Assembly: GCA_965235115.1 (NCBI GenBank)
Contig: OZ249439.1
Span: forward strand, 8,928,001-8,992,000
Direction of reading: 5' to 3'
DNA from: Laetmonice hystrix
Taxonomy: Eukaryota
Length of the DNA: 64,000 nucleotides
Positions 13,504 to 28,160 of the stretch are shown here, piece by piece. A program made the translations under genes and the position numbers. The notes under the pieces were generated by a model. The model had not been told where the DNA came from, ran no database searches, and saw only the letters and a program-made list of their open reading frames with translations. The first letter of the stretch is position 1; the number at the start of each line of letters is the position of its first letter.

Positions 13504-14394
13504 AGTCCCAGTCTGCTCTGATCAAAGCAACATCACAATTCTCATTACTAGTATCATCTGCTAGCCATTCCTGTGTGAAGAGGACTAAAACTGCCACTTG
13601 TTGCTGTCCAATGTTCCAGTTCTTGGTCCGGGAACAGTACATGGATGTTACCAGTTTTGTAATAGTTGAGGAGGAGAAGCAGGGGCAATGAGCCTCCAGG
13701 CAATTAACTCTGGGACACTAATTAATAATGACAATAACTCTCACTATTCTTCAGCACGATGAACATAGCGATCTAATTTTCTGTAAAGTTAAAGAGATCA
13801 AATCTAGGCCAGTATTACACTCGCTTTTAGTCCGTGACAAGGTAAGAAAACATGGAGAAGACATGACTATAGCCTATCGACTGCGGGTCAATTGTACTTA
13901 TTGTCCCATCCCGAGGAGCCAATTTAGAATTATGTGCACCCTGATAATAGAGAAAGATGTTTCAAATTGGTTTTCTGTCGTTTTTATCACCAATTGTGGC
14001 CATTTCCCCCCGATAATACGTTGTATGCTCGTTTATAACATGTTGTTATCATTATGTATATGGCATGTTACTTTATCATAAACATATAACATACAGTATG
14101 TCCCCAAAAAATATTAGTCTAACTTTAGGTGTGCAATACACTTGGATATTTTAGAGGATTGTCGAATTTTGAATTTTCAAGTTGAAGTTGAACATAAAGT
14201 TTGATCCCCCTAGATAACTCTCAACAAGTTTGTTGTTGACAGGGCCACGCATGACTGATCACAACCAGTATTTCTTTTTGACAATGGAACACAGACTATC
14301 ATTTTTTGGGACATACTGTATAACATATACAGGATACACACACAGGTGAACATGTGGAGGGATTATGTGTCAGTCTGAACATTTCAAGACATAC

Positions 14395-14549
14395 CCTAAC
14401 GAAGAGATGCTTGCCTGGATTAGAACAATGACACTCAAATATGTGACCAGTTCTGGTGGATGTGCAATTGTCGGTTAAAAGCACTCCACAGACAGGGTAA
14501 AACCTCTTGGTTGTAGTCCAGAAAGCATTAGCTTCAAATGGCTCTGTGT
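14395..14549 (-). CDS. Candidate internal exon, Cys-containing, gene unknown
   Basis: Acceptor ttattttggcag, donor gtatgt, 155 nt, open only in phase 1-0: TEPFEANAFWTTTKRFYPVCGVLLTDNCTSTRTGHIFECHCSNPGKHLFVR. No partner exons confirmed. Confidence 0.3.
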
Positions 14550-17500
14550 CTGCCAAAATAATTTGTTAATGCATGATACCCAGTGACATCATTGTCGTGG
14601 AAGTTTTTTTAATGGGATTAATTTGACCATCACTTATATTTCGTGCCATGGTGCAATCAGTTCATCTTTTATCCTACATGTCTTCATTTTTCATTCAAAA
14701 ATAGGAAGCAGGTTCACAACCCTCACTGTATACGGAGTCCTTGTTGGCGGGCTTCATGACATAAAAGATACGTGGCCGGCTACTTGTTGTTTAGACACTG
14801 GTTACAGCGATATAAACCAGCCGCTTTCAGCACGCATGATCGCATGTTGTTCTGACCAAACGTAAAATTTTCCAAGGTCGACAGATTGCCAGTAGAGCTT
14901 CCAATGCAATCGCTTGCAACGCCTAGTCATGAATTTTTCACTGGGCCTTTTGTCAGTTATTTCGAACGGGCAGTCCGTTTTCCATAACCAAGATCTGATG
15001 AATCGGTGGCACTGAAATGCACAGCCACAACAGACCGGTAAAAGGTTGCCACTGGCAGATACTGCGCAAGGTTCGATGGTTAAACACAATGTCCGTATTC
15101 CTGACTTCACTGGCTGAGTGCTCTATGTGGTACAAATGAATTTACTGCGCATAGAGTAAGTAATCCTATGGGCTGCTGGAAGCAAACAGAAAACCCTTTC
15201 ACAATGTGCCATAACGTAATCCCATAACGTATCAATGGCCAAATGGTGGGCCCCATCAATGGCTGTATTATAAGGCCGCTGTCAGCACTGGTGCACTCCA
15301 CGCAAGGTCCTGTTCAAATCTAAGTGCGCCTGGTAATTTCCCCATTTTGTTTATTACTGTACCGTAGACAATGTCTCCTTAATGTCAGTCCTCGTCATTG
15401 CAGTAAGGCATCAAAGCATGAGGTACAAAATCAAAATATTCAGTTTGTCAATTGAACAAAATTAAACCATCTCTGTTTTCAGGTTTAACTTTCTTTAACG
15501 CAGAGAGAATTAATCCTACAGTGCACGTGGGACCTATACCTTGGGGACCTTTGTAATTCTCAGAACAATCACACCGGATGTAGATTTTTGCCCCAGTCAA
15601 GGTTATAGTGCTTAGATGTTTAAAAAAACTGAAAGAGATGTTCGTGCCTCATGTCAAATCGAAAGCGATGGTACCAATGGTAAATCCAACGACAGAGAGG
15701 GGGCTAATGAAATGTCGAGCATAGGAGTTAATGTGATGTAGACCATAGAAGGAGTTAATGAGTTCATGTTTGACTGGAATCGATTGTGGAGTTATCAGTA
15801 TCATTCTTCACTCCTGGCTGGAAGGTACCCCATGCCTCCCCATGTATGAGATTATCTTTCTAAGTGCTGTACGAACCGTTTGACGAGTGGGAGGGGGCGA
15901 CAGATTCGTCGGCAATGGGGGCTGGGCTGTTGTAGACTTGCCTTGCAAATTGAAGGAAAGGCGTGCCTTACATATTCACATCAGTTGCGGGGCGCCTTTG
16001 TCTTTCCTCACTTAGAAAGTCTCTCTGAGGTGGACCTATCCCCGTGTACTCACAAGAAACCGTTTCTATCCTCATTGTTTGATCTTGATTTGTATATACA
16101 GTCTGTAGAAAGGGTATATTTTCCCTTCTCACGGAAAACGAAAAAGCTTAGCCGCAAATGAAAGAACGCTGGATGTTGTACTGTCTCTATGCAGATAGAG
16201 AAATCCTGTGATCCCAGGCAGAACGTGTCAATACAGCACTATTTCTCTTGAAGAATCTTGTGTTGATAAAAGAACCGTTGCACTTAGAGATACAATTTCA
16301 TCTGGTAATGCCATGAATCATCGTGACGTGTTACACGTCATATGAATAAGGCTAATTCAAGTCACGCGTCCAAATCAAACGGCTAAAAGTAGCACCCATA
16401 ATGCCAGAGTCTATTTATGTAATCCTCTTTGGAAGAAAAATCAAATAAAATTGAAAAAATTACAACAAAGCCTCCACCACAAATATAAACAAGCACATGA
16501 TTGCCATCTACTGCCTGAACGAATAGATATGGATGGTGCTTGTCGGTGAGTGGTTATGGCGTTTATGGCAGTTTACTTCAGTAAACAGCAGCACATGACC
16601 GTACTAGGACGTACCCGAGTAGGGTGAAGGGAATCCATTCAGCTTTGATAATCTCTAGTGATGATATAAAACAACTCGAAAAGTGTAGAGCGCGTTCCTG
16701 GTATGTGCCCTCATTCCAATCGCGCATGGCCATCAGACTGCTTCCGGGTCATTGTTGTAGCTGTGCCCGTTTTCAGCGTTACCGCACCGCGGATTCTTAT
16801 ACGGACTTTATCGAGCGGTAAAAATAACAGTGGGGTATGTAGACAAAGCGGGGTAGTGGTATTTAAATGGTTGATTCATTCTGAATCATTGATCAGATCC
16901 AGGTTCTACCTGTGCATTTGCTTTTTAACAAAACAGAACGCCATTTTCCGTTCTCCGCCCTCCCTTAGCCTAGCGTCGGCAGTGTATGTCATTTGATTCC
17001 CACCGGTCCTAGCCTTCGGAGCCGTTTTCGTAAACATTTCAGCTAGCAATTCCATCTAAGTACACTTACCGTTTGTTTTCGAACCAAACACGGGACCGAT
17101 AACGATAGCTATAACGATAGCTCCGGTCGTCCCATGGACGGCAGCGAGGGACAGTGTCCCTACGTACGAGCTCTATTACTACAACGTGGACATGCGCATC
17201 AAATAACATAAACCATCTCTCATAATTTGTGGAGTCAAAGTACTGACATTTTCAACGCAAAAGGGGGAAGTCAGTATCAACTAAATGTGTTGCATTGGCC
17301 AATCAGCCGGCCATACCGGAGCCATGCCGTAGCCGGGCCGTAGCCGGGCCGCAACTGTTCGTTGTGCCTTACTACATCCGTTCAGCGCCGCCATGCCAAG
17401 GACCCGAGGAGCCAAGATTTTGGCAACTCACCCAGCATAAAAAATACCGCGAGGTTTTGGCATACCAGGCGGAATTTTGGCAAGTGCTTTCCGTGTTTCG

Positions 17501-18027
17501 TTGTTTTCACTGACGATATAGAGATCATGAATAAGTAAGTGAAAACGCTCATGGCCTATTGTCAAGTGACTCTGCACCAACTGAGAGAAACAATCGCTAA
17601 TGTGGTGCGTCTCGGCAGCGTATTATCATAACATAGACGGGAGACGGGAGATATTGGCAGATGGAAACCCATCCCAGGAAAACTGTATTTATTGCAAAAA
17701 CACGGAGATTGATAGACTAATGGATGTTTCATGCTGGATTACCTGGTGGTCAATGGAATGGGAGTTATCTGCCAAGTTTTCTTTTTTCAATGTGGAAGTG
17801 AACGCATGGACGGGTATGTTGATATAGTAGGTCGAGGCAGAGACTGAGGTATACAATCTCCCACGACCCCATCGCTATCAATGCAACAATACTATGTGTA
17901 ATATCCGGGGGTAACGGCAGCTCTGAACACCACATATACAAGTGACACAGACTCGTAGACAGAGCCCCAAGCCATAGCAAGGTTCCAGATTCCAAGAAAA
18001 TTACACTGACCGATATACGAGAGTTCC

Positions 18028-18534
18028 ACAGACTTACAGGACAGTGCCACAGACCTACAGAACAGTGCCACAGACTTACAGGACAGTGTCATGCACAGCC
18101 GTACAGGATGGTGCCACAGACTTACAGGACAGTGCCACAGACCTACAGAACAGTGCCACCGACTTACAGGACAGTGTCATGCACAGACTTACAGGATGGT
18201 GCCACAGACTTACATGGCAGTGCCCCAGACCTACAGGACAGTGCCACAGCCCAGGACAGTGCCACAGACTTACAGGACCGTGCCACAGACCTACAGAACA
18301 GTGCCACCGACTTACAGGACAGTGTCATGCACAGACTTACAGGATGGTGCCACAGACTTAAATGGCAGTGCCCCAGACCTACAGGACAGTGCCACAGACC
18401 AGGACAGTGCCACAGACTTACAGGACAGTGCCACAGACCAGGACAGTGCCACAGACTTACAGGACAGTGCCACAGACCTACATGACAGTGCCACAGACCT
18501 ACATGACAGTGCCACAAACTTCCAGGACAGTGCT
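18028..18534. repeat. ~21-bp minisatellite, heterogeneous
   Basis: cacagacttacaggacagtgc and shortened variants. Confidence 0.95.
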
Positions 18535-20772
18535 GCGTTCTGAAGGAAAGCACCCCATTGCAGAAGGCGATGACCGCAGACTCAAACTGCACATATCGAC
18601 AACTTGTGAAGGTGGGGGGGGGGGGGGGGGGGGTTCGGGTACGACACAAGCTTCCCCAAAGCTTTGTTCACGAACCTCTTATGCCTGGCTTCCTTCAGAT
18701 GACCAACTGGTAAAGACCGTAAAACTCAATGAAATATTTACAACTTGTAGTCAGACGGGCATTCTCTCAACGTGACAGACGCAGTCGGCGTTTATATACC
18801 AGTGTGTTCTCGAGGTCAGTACAGGTTAGATCCATACATCCAAACGATGACCTGACATGAAAGGAAAGGCAACCTCAGATGTGCGCTTGGCGCGCGTGTT
18901 AAACTTTAGAAAAGCGACATTCAATGGGCATAGGTATAAATTATCCAATGAGTGTACCGGGTCAATGGAAGCCAGGGAGCGCTACCTTTAAGGAAATGAT
19001 CCTGGAGTAATGGCGCAGTGATATATATATATAATCACGCAGGGATATCATATCCCAGACGTAAACTTGATACAGGTATAAGAACGCGCGCGTCCGGCAT
19101 GCCAGCCAGATCAGTTCTACGTTCTATCTACTCTCCCCTCTTTATACTAAACCTACTTTGGATATGACGCTCAAGTACTTGGTGCCAAATACTCTATCAT
19201 TGCTTAACATTTGAATCCTTTTAAAATCTATTGGCGACTGCGTCGTTATCGAGGTTGTTTCCTCCAGTAAATAGTGGCTACTTTAATGGAAGCAGCGGAC
19301 AGACACAAAGTGGTCGATCATATTTATCCGTTCATCTTAGAGACATCAAGATGTAACAACACATTATTCGGCCGCTTTGGACTGTCATATCTAAATGGTT
19401 ATTCAGCACCAGAGCTTCCTCTCTGTCGAGCTGACATGCCAATTAAGCGGCGCCGCATTTATCCCAGGTGTGAACCCATGCAAGTTGTCCAGACAGTGCG
19501 AGGTTCTTCTTGGAGACCTTCAGCTGTCATTAAGAGCCGTATCCACTGAAGACATTTTGACAGTGTATAAGTTTAAAGGTTGGCTATATGAGAAAAAAAA
19601 AAGAATACAGACCTGCAAAAGAATTTACATATTAAGTATTGTCTATTTGCTCACATACATATTGACGTAATGCTTGCACTATAAGTGTGAAGTGCCTTTA
19701 GGATTCATTTGACAACCAGGTTGCAACACTTAAGCTGTATTTCTTCGTACAAGACATTCAGCTGTCATTAATGTAATCCTAGGAAATTGTTTTATGGATA
19801 AACTGGTAAATAAAGAGGGGACGCCTTTTTCGGGACACCCGGATGAGATAAAATCGGGTCTCTCTCGGGGAGCGGACTGACTGAAACTGCTGGAGTGTAA
19901 TACAAATTTCCGGCTCTTTGTATCACTGCCTACTCTGAGGTTCGGCATCGGAGAAATCTCAGAGTGGAACCGATCGCCATTTCTCCTTCTCCCCCTCTTT
20001 CATCCCCAAATTCTCGTACATTTATTGGTGGCGTGGCATCAGTGACGTGGTGAGATCAGAGATCTACAGGATATACTAGAGTAGAATCATGATCTGTGAT
20101 GTCATGAAAAACACTGAAATGCCGAATCTATTAGTCGATTACGATTGCCTCAAACGTTCTTCAACAAAGAGCAATAGTCAGTAAACATGCAGTCAGACCA
20201 CCCTTCCAACCTGCTAAAACAGTTCAAAGTTATGGGTCACCGCAGGCATTGGGCCAACTTTTTATATCTTATAATATTACAAGGTCTATAACGTTAACAA
20301 GGACTGTGTGTCGCATCTGAATTGATGAATGCCATGGAAATCCTTTATAACCAGTGACAGCAGATATAGAGTTTGGCATCCATGGAGACACTTAAGTTCC
20401 TGGTAGGCCTATATTCCATATCTTCTCCACAATCCCCGGTCATTGTAAGGCACCAAAGAAAGGTTCCGGTCGGAACTACCCTTGAAAATACCAGGGGGTT
20501 AAGCAGCGGACAGCATGTGAATAGGGAAAAGACTACTCTGCGTGACATTGCATCGGTTCCGTTTCCTTTAATGCAAATTCCGGGATTTGTAGGTACTCGT
20601 AGCTCCATGGCCGCAGTAATTGACGTTTTGAGCCACCTGATTTCTTCATCCAAGTTGACAAATATTGCTGGCCTTTTCATGCATCATGAGCATGCGATAT
20701 CTTTAGCATTCCACGTAAAAAAAATCCCAAGTCTTTAAGGAAGAATCCGTGCCATAATAACAATATCTGGTG

Positions 20773-21462
20773 GTGTCTTTACTGTCACGGTGTCAATTAG
20801 AGGAAAAGTTCAGAGTTATCTGCTAGTCGTGCCCCAATCAAACATCTTTATAAGCTTAGACTTCGCCACGTGTCTTTACTGTCACCGTGTAGGGAAACGT
20901 CACAGTTATCTGTTAGTCGTGCCCCAATCAAACATCTTTATAAGCTTAGACTTCCCCACGTGTCTTTACTGTCACCGTGTCAATTAGAGGGAAAGTTCGG
21001 AGTTATCTGCTAGTCGTGCCCCAATCAAACATCTTTATAAGCTTAGACTTCGCCACGTGTCTTTACTGTCATCGTGTAGGGAAACGTCACAGTTATCTGT
21101 TAGTCGTGCCCCAACCAAACATCTTTATAAGCTTAGACTTCCCCACGTGTCTTTACTGTCATCGTGTAGGGAAACGTCACAGTTATCTGTTAGTCGTGCC
21201 CCAATCAAACATCTTTATAAGCTTAGACTTCCCCACGTGTCTTTACTGTCACTGTGTCAATTAGAGGGAACGTTCAGATTTATCTGTTAGTCGTGCCCCA
21301 ATCAAACATCTTTATAAGCTTAGACTTCCCCACGTGACTTTACTGTCACCGTGTCGAGGGAAACGTCACAGTTATCTGTTAGTCGTGCCCCAATCAAACA
21401 TCTTTATAAGCTTAGACTTCTCCACGTGACTTTACTGTCAGCGTGTCAATTAGAGGGAAACG
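20773..21462. repeat. 90-97-bp tandem repeat, about 7 copies, two length variants
   Basis: Core gttatctgttagtcgtgccccaatcaaacatctttataagcttagacttc; variants differ by a caattag insert. Confidence 0.95.
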
Positions 21463-22406
21463 AGTTATCGGAATACATATTGCAGACATTTCAAAGTCTT
21501 GGCCTTCCCTACACGATATACATGTAGAGGGGACAAAAATGGCCGCCTTTTTGTGCTGGTGAGTCGTTGACTCCGCACATCAAAGGTCAATGATCCTCGC
21601 ATCTATCAATAAACATTGTGTCATTGTATGGGCGACACAAGACGTTTGGAGGACTAAGTCTCCACGACACTTGTAACCATGCAAATCGGACACCGGTGGC
21701 GTGTAACCGGAGTGGCATGGACAGTTATTTAGATTTCTCAACACGCAGCTTAAAAACTCTCTCATGTCGCATCGTCTTCTATCGTAAGATTGTGTTGAAG
21801 GAGAATTTCTGCTCTTAAACTTTACTTTCATGCATGGAGCAATAATGGAGACTGCTGGTAATTTAGGATAGAGCTATAGAGGTTTCTCTTGAGGAGAAAG
21901 TTCTGTATTCAAAGAGTTGTTAGATATCAATGATATGGATGATAATCACGCATGGTCTATTTTAAAACAGTCGTTCCTTGAAGTCAACATCTCTGATCTA
22001 ATTTCTATCTGGCCTCTGACGCGCTAGGCCTCCTAATATTTCCTTGTCTTATGTTGTTGTGGTCGACAAGCATGAACAAGCACAGTAGGTGTCAGATTTC
22101 CTCATTCGACCAATCAGATAAAGGCATGCATTGTGTGCGTTATCGCAGCTCCAGATACGTGAACCCCTGTCACACACAGGGGCAGTCCTGATCCCGCTAT
22201 GGTGTGCCAGACTTCCACCAACACGTCATCAGATCTCAGCTGTCGGGCGGGTTGTTACATGGAACGTTTCTCACCAGATTTTACCAACCAGCGATAGCCC
22301 CGCCCACTTCCGGTCCGAGTGAGCAGGGGCTGTCAACAAGACGGGGGACAACCACCAATGTTATTGTTGAAATGCGTGCATTTTTACCTCAACGGATGCC
22401 GAAGCA

Positions 22407-23324
22407 ACGTCACACGTTATGTCTGAACGTCACACGTTAGGTCTGAACGTCACACGTCAGGTCTGAACGTTACACGTTAGGTCTGAACGTCACACGTTAG
22501 GTCTGAACGTCACACGTTAGGTCTGAACGTCACACGTTAGGTCTGAACGTCACACGTTAGGTCTGAACGTCACACGTCAGGCCTGAACGTCACACGTCAG
22601 GCCTGAACGTCACACGTTAGGTCTGAACGTCACACGTTAGGTCTGAACGTCACACGTTAGGTCTGAACGTCACACGTCAGGTCTGAACGTCACACGTCAG
22701 GTCTGAACGTCACACGTCAGGTCTGAACGTCACACGTTAGGTCTGAACGTCACACGTTAGGTCTGAACGTCACACGTTAGGTTTGAACGTCACACGTTAG
22801 GTCTGAACGTCACACGTTAGGTCTGAACGTCACACGTTAGGTCTGAACGTCACACGTTAGGTCTGAACGTCACACGTTAGGTCTGAACGTCAAACGTTAA
22901 GTCTGAACGTCACACGTTAGGTCTGAATGTCACACGTTAGGTCTGAATGTCACACGTTAGGTCTGAACGTCACACGTCGGGTCTGAACGTCACACGTTAG
23001 GTCTGAACGTCAAACGTTAAGTCTGAACGTCACACGTTAGGTCTGAAGGTCACACGTCACGTCTGAAGGTCACACGTTAGGTCTGAAGGTCACACGTCAG
23101 GTCTGAACGTCACACGTCAGGTCTGAACGTCACACGTCAGGTCTGAACGTCACACGTCAGGTCTGAACGTCACACGTTAGGTCTGAACGTCACACGTTAG
23201 GTCTGAACGTCACACGTTAGGTCTGAACGTCACACGTCGGGTCTGAACGTCACACGTTAGGTCTGAATGTCACACGTTAGGTCTGAACGTCACACGTTAG
23301 GTCTGAACGTCACACGTTAAGTCT
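22407..23324. repeat. 20-bp minisatellite, about 45 copies
   Basis: cacacgttaggtctgaacgt. Confidence 0.97.
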
Positions 23325-24417
23325 CAGTCACCGACTACCTACCGTAGTACTTGTGATAAATGATATATTAAAGAGGTATCGAGTCGAATATACGGGCCGA
23401 ACCATCAGACCAGTAACTGGTTCTTTCAATTATTCAAGATCTTTTATTTATTTGAGATTAATGAGATTTATTCGTTTCTCTTTCTTTCTAGCGGCTCAAT
23501 AATGACGGTCATCTACATAATTTTAAAATAAATCGATGTACCCACGCCGGAAACCATATCTCTCTTTACGGGACCTATTCCAGAATGTCACGATTAACAT
23601 TGGTGGTATATTCTCTTGGAATACATACACTTTATCATTGTAATTAAGCAGGGATTTAATCAGATTATTTTCTTATAATGAAATCAACATTAGATGCGTC
23701 CATGCGCTACCAACAGTCAATTTCTTACAGACATTAATTGATTGTATAATTGCTGCCCGCTTTGAGCGGGATGACGATCAACATTCCGCACTTACATGCT
23801 TCCATTATATGCTCACATGCTATGCCTTATCAATGATGACAGACAGATGGCAAAATAAAAGAAATGTCACAATGCTTACATTAATTTGCCATTTGCTATT
23901 TCCGAATTTACAACATCCGATGAGGGGGCAAACGTCGGCACTATATCATGTATCCTGTCAGTTCTGATAATACGTATATTTTGTCGGTATCAGATTAAAG
24001 TGTTGGGTTTGACAATTTATTTCACTGAATGCACGCCTATAAACTAGGTCTATGGGGGGCGGGGAGCGTTGGGGTCCGAGCTCTTTAACCCTCAAGCGAC
24101 CAACCAATTTTACCACACTAATGACCGGATCGGGTCCTTAATGACCCCATTATATTTTATATAGGAATAGCCTTGTTTGAATGGCGCCATTATGTATATC
24201 AAAATTTTAACTGTTCCTTAAACCTGTGACATACCTACCAAAATATTCCAATCTAAATATTTGTGGTTTTGATTTACTGAAACTGAACCTGCCCGAACGC
24301 TACCAACTGTAATATATTGAGGAGAAGTTGCTATAATCATAGACAATGATGTTAGAAATCAAGCAAATTATGCCGGGGTAATTTATGGCCCCACGCAACT
24401 TTACACTGCCTTGGCCT

Positions 24418-24579
24418 TGTTCTCTGGAACTGTATCATGTTCTCTGGAACTGTATCATGGCCTCTGGAACTGTATCATGTTCTCTGGAACTGTATCATGT
24501 TCTCTGGAACTGTATCATGTTCTCTGGAACTGTATCATGTTCTCTGGAACCGTATCATGTTCTTTGGAACTGTATCATG
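24418..24579. repeat. 20-bp minisatellite, about 8 copies
   Basis: tctctggaactgtatcatgt. Confidence 0.95.
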
Positions 24580-26601
24580 CAGACACGTGCCCTATTAAGA
24601 TCATATTTTCCTCGTCCCAACTGATTAATTTACTCTCGTTTTGTTGAGAGACTGGAGAATTTAATGGAAATTGTTGAGGTTCAAATATTGTATGGCTATT
24701 TATGATCTCACATATCCCTGAATCTCTACCCGTCACTGGGACCGTATTGATGTTTGTTCAAGTTGTAGACACAGAATGATATCCCCACTGTTAATTTGTA
24801 CATGTTGTATATGGAAAGTAGGCCTATCATCAGTTGATTGCCTGGCTGTAGAGTTCTTACACGTCTCGTTGGTTGCTATGGGGATGGTAACTCGAAGCCG
24901 TTTTTCAGTCGTCTGTCAAATTCGTATTTCGACTTACATATATAAAATCCGTTATACACATTATTGGGGCACCGGAGCAGAAGCGTGAAACTAGAGGGGT
25001 TTTTTTGGTTATCGAAAGTGTATGTATACGTATCGAAAGGAAAGCTTTACTGTTTTCCTCACTATATAGTTGAGCACACGCAACCAACTCTCAAAGTTAC
25101 ATTATACCCCAATATAATAGGCATTATTAAAGAATAATACACTCTTAGAGATCGGGTACAAATCTTGCGATATGGTTTCGAGTTCCAGCAGTGTTATGGC
25201 GTCACGGCTGTCACGGCATAACTCTCTCTCGACCTGGAGCCGTCATGGGTGTGTGTGTGGCCTGGGGGTGGGGGGGGGGGGGCGAATCCCCCCTTGGCCA
25301 TCGGTGACCCTAAAACTTTCAAGATTTATGAGTTGTCATTTTATCGTTATCTTTCTTCGGGTAGCTCTGTGCTGACCAGGTGCCCCTTGAAGTCGATTTG
25401 GATCGATGCACCCTTTGGAAATCCTGGGGACGCCTATGGTGCAATATCCCTTTTGTCGACATAATTATGCAGTAGACCTATACGAGTTCAGATGACGATA
25501 GGTATAGTTGTGCGGCCACAGACGTCACCTCAGCTGACAAAACTTCACAATACGGATGGTTTTATACATACGCATTCAATTACCCCAAGGTCAGAGGGGT
25601 CATCAGTATACGTATACGATCAGGTGTCATTATATTTGTAAAGACGATCTAAAGTCAGACTGATGGATAGTACGAACATGTATGACTGGAAGATAAAAAT
25701 CCGATTTAACTCCACATCAGTGACGATAAACCAGCCCTGCCTACAACAACTCTTTTATTTGATCGCCTTGGCTGCACTCGCCAATTTGCATCGAATTCCT
25801 CCAAATAAATCACGTTTTTCCTCTTGCTCTCTGTCATTCCCTGACTAATGATCAATGGGAACGTATTTCGTTTACACCTTGCTTTTATTTGTTATTGGAG
25901 GCGGGCATGGATACAGTTTCTCACCATCCTTTTATGAAAAGACAAAAAGTAGGCAACTTTCAGATCCAATGGGCGCCAGCAGAAGTTGCTCGAACCTTTT
26001 TTGGGCGTGTTAAGGTGATTTGCCGAGCTGAGTGGAAAAAGAACTGTATGCTTTAACTGATGTTGGAAAACGAAAGGTTTCGCCCATTTTCCCGTTTTTT
26101 TTGATAACATTAAAAAAAGTTTGTATTTTTATTTATCAAAACACGATGAGAATTCACATAACAAATGTGTGATAACATGATTGCGGGGCACTTGAGGACG
26201 GGTGAGAAATATTTAGCAAAAACTAGTCGCGCAGTACTTAAGCGAAGTAATTTTTCAGGATAAGCATTTTATAAGAAGATAATCTCAAGATCGACACAAA
26301 CAATTATTTACATTTAAACATATCTTTTCTTTCGTTAATCTGCCGCACTCAGTATAGAAAGTCGTTAAAGACCTCCTCTTTTTATTATGAATGATCGCGA
26401 CGAGGTCTTGCTATCTGGAAACTACATGACCGACTTCTTCATGAAAACAATGATGTTGATAATCTCTGGAGACTTCCCACGGCGTGTCAGTAATCTGTGT
26501 TGTTCACCATCTCTCTAAGGTACGATTCAACGCTGCGGGTGTCAATGCCAGGATGTCATCTCAACGAGTGAATCCCATGATTATGACACCCATGCTCTAC
26601 C

Positions 26602-26770
26602 CACTGGCGGATCCAGGGGGTTAGGGTTGGGGGGGGGGGGGTTAAACCCCTTTGGCAACCAATTTTTCATTCCCCCCATAGGCCTAGAACATTTTGAATA
26701 TACCATGCTGAACCCCCTCCCTCTCCGTTAGCAAAAACCTCCCCTTACCAAAATCCTGGATCCGCCTCTG
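26602..26770. mobile_element. Short MITE, CAGTGGCGGATCC...GGATCCGCCACTG family, copy 1
   Basis: cactggcggatccagg ... cctggatccgcctctg inverted termini with internal G/C runs. No clean TSD. Confidence 0.65.
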
Positions 26771-27009
26771 CTACCCAATACTCTCTGCAAGGTATGCATT
26801 ATTGAAACACACATTGTAACCATTATTCTACCATTATTCTAAGGGTTGCATGATTGATATCTACAAATGGTGTGCATCATCAATATAGAATGAACTCATG
26901 ATGAAACTGGCAAATTCAGACATGTATTTATGTCACTATAGCATGCCTGTATTGTGACAGTATATTAAACCCATTATCATAACCTGCAAACGATGGGAGA
27001 TACTTATCC

Positions 27010-27191
27010 CAGGGCCCGGTTTTTACGTCGTCATTTTACCAATCTTAAGACTGGAATTTTAAGACTGACTTGTGTTATGGGCTCTCATTGGCTGACTTCA
27101 TTTGAAGGACCAATCAGAAGCTCTGAAACAAGAGTTCAGTCTTAAGATTTGAATCTTAAGACTTGGTTTGCAAACTAAAAACCGGGGCCTG
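27010..27191. mobile_element. MITE-like element with 16-bp TIRs
   Basis: cagggcccggttttta ... taaaaaccggggcctg (1 mismatch), with internal inverted tcttaagact/agtcttaaga blocks. No TSD seen. Confidence 0.6.
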
Positions 27192-28011
27192 AAGTTATAT
27201 TTCATCATGTGCACTTTACTTTATGATTCCGTAAAGGTGCGAACTTTCAGTGTAACTCTGACATTTAGGAAACTTGTGCTTTAGGCTCTTTCATTCGATT
27301 AATCATGGCTGTCCCAGTCCTTCTAAATGAAAACAGATACAGTATTATGTATCCCCCCTTAGCTTTCTGAGGTTTAATCGGAAACATCAGAAGAGTTATA
27401 CAGTAATATGTTACATTGACAATACACATTATTATGAGAGCCACATTATGTATAGACTGCACGCACTGACATTTGTGAACCCAGATATTTTGTTCACTGG
27501 AGTTTCCAATTAGGCTCGCTATACACGGCGTACTTTTGTGTTGCAACATCGCAAAACTTACCATGTAATCGGCCGCGCGGCAGTGGCCACCTGGCGGCAG
27601 CCTGGTAACACTAACCATGCGGCGTGCGTCCCGCTCAGCCTCCTGTCTTTCTATGCCTAACCATGTGTTTGCAACTAGACACGTGCATGCACGGGATTGA
27701 TGCGAACAATGATAGTGCACGTGTGCGAATGACGCGGCATGACATTGCATGGCATTGCAGAAAACATTTTGTTTGCTCCATGCATGCCAAGAGAACGATA
27801 GGTCTTGTTATAGTATGAAAATTCCATTGCCTTTTGCCTAATCAGTTCTTGATGCTCTTACTTACTAAAATGGATGCTTTTCTTTCTCATCTCTTTGTTA
27901 AATCATTAAGGAATGATCTCTAATAATATGTGTTAACAACAACTAAATTATCTATGATTCCGCTGTGTATATTTCGAATGGTTAAGGACTGTTTAACTCA
28001 ACGGGAGCACG

Positions 28012-28160
28012 ATCGTGCCTAACTAAGGCATCGCCCTACCTAATCAAGGCACCACCCTACCTAATCAAGGCACCACCCTACCTAATCAAGGCACCACCCT
28101 ACCTAATCAAGGCACCACCCTACCTAATCAAGGCACCACCCTACCTAACCAAGGCATGAT
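28012..28160. repeat. 21-bp minisatellite, about 6-7 copies
   Basis: ctacctaatcaaggcaccacc. Confidence 0.95.

Noticed and set aside
18775-18815. QTQSAFIYQCVLE resembling the PTP Q-loop
   Set aside because: It lacks the conserved QY, is preceded by an in-frame stop, and no HCSAG or WPD exon was found.
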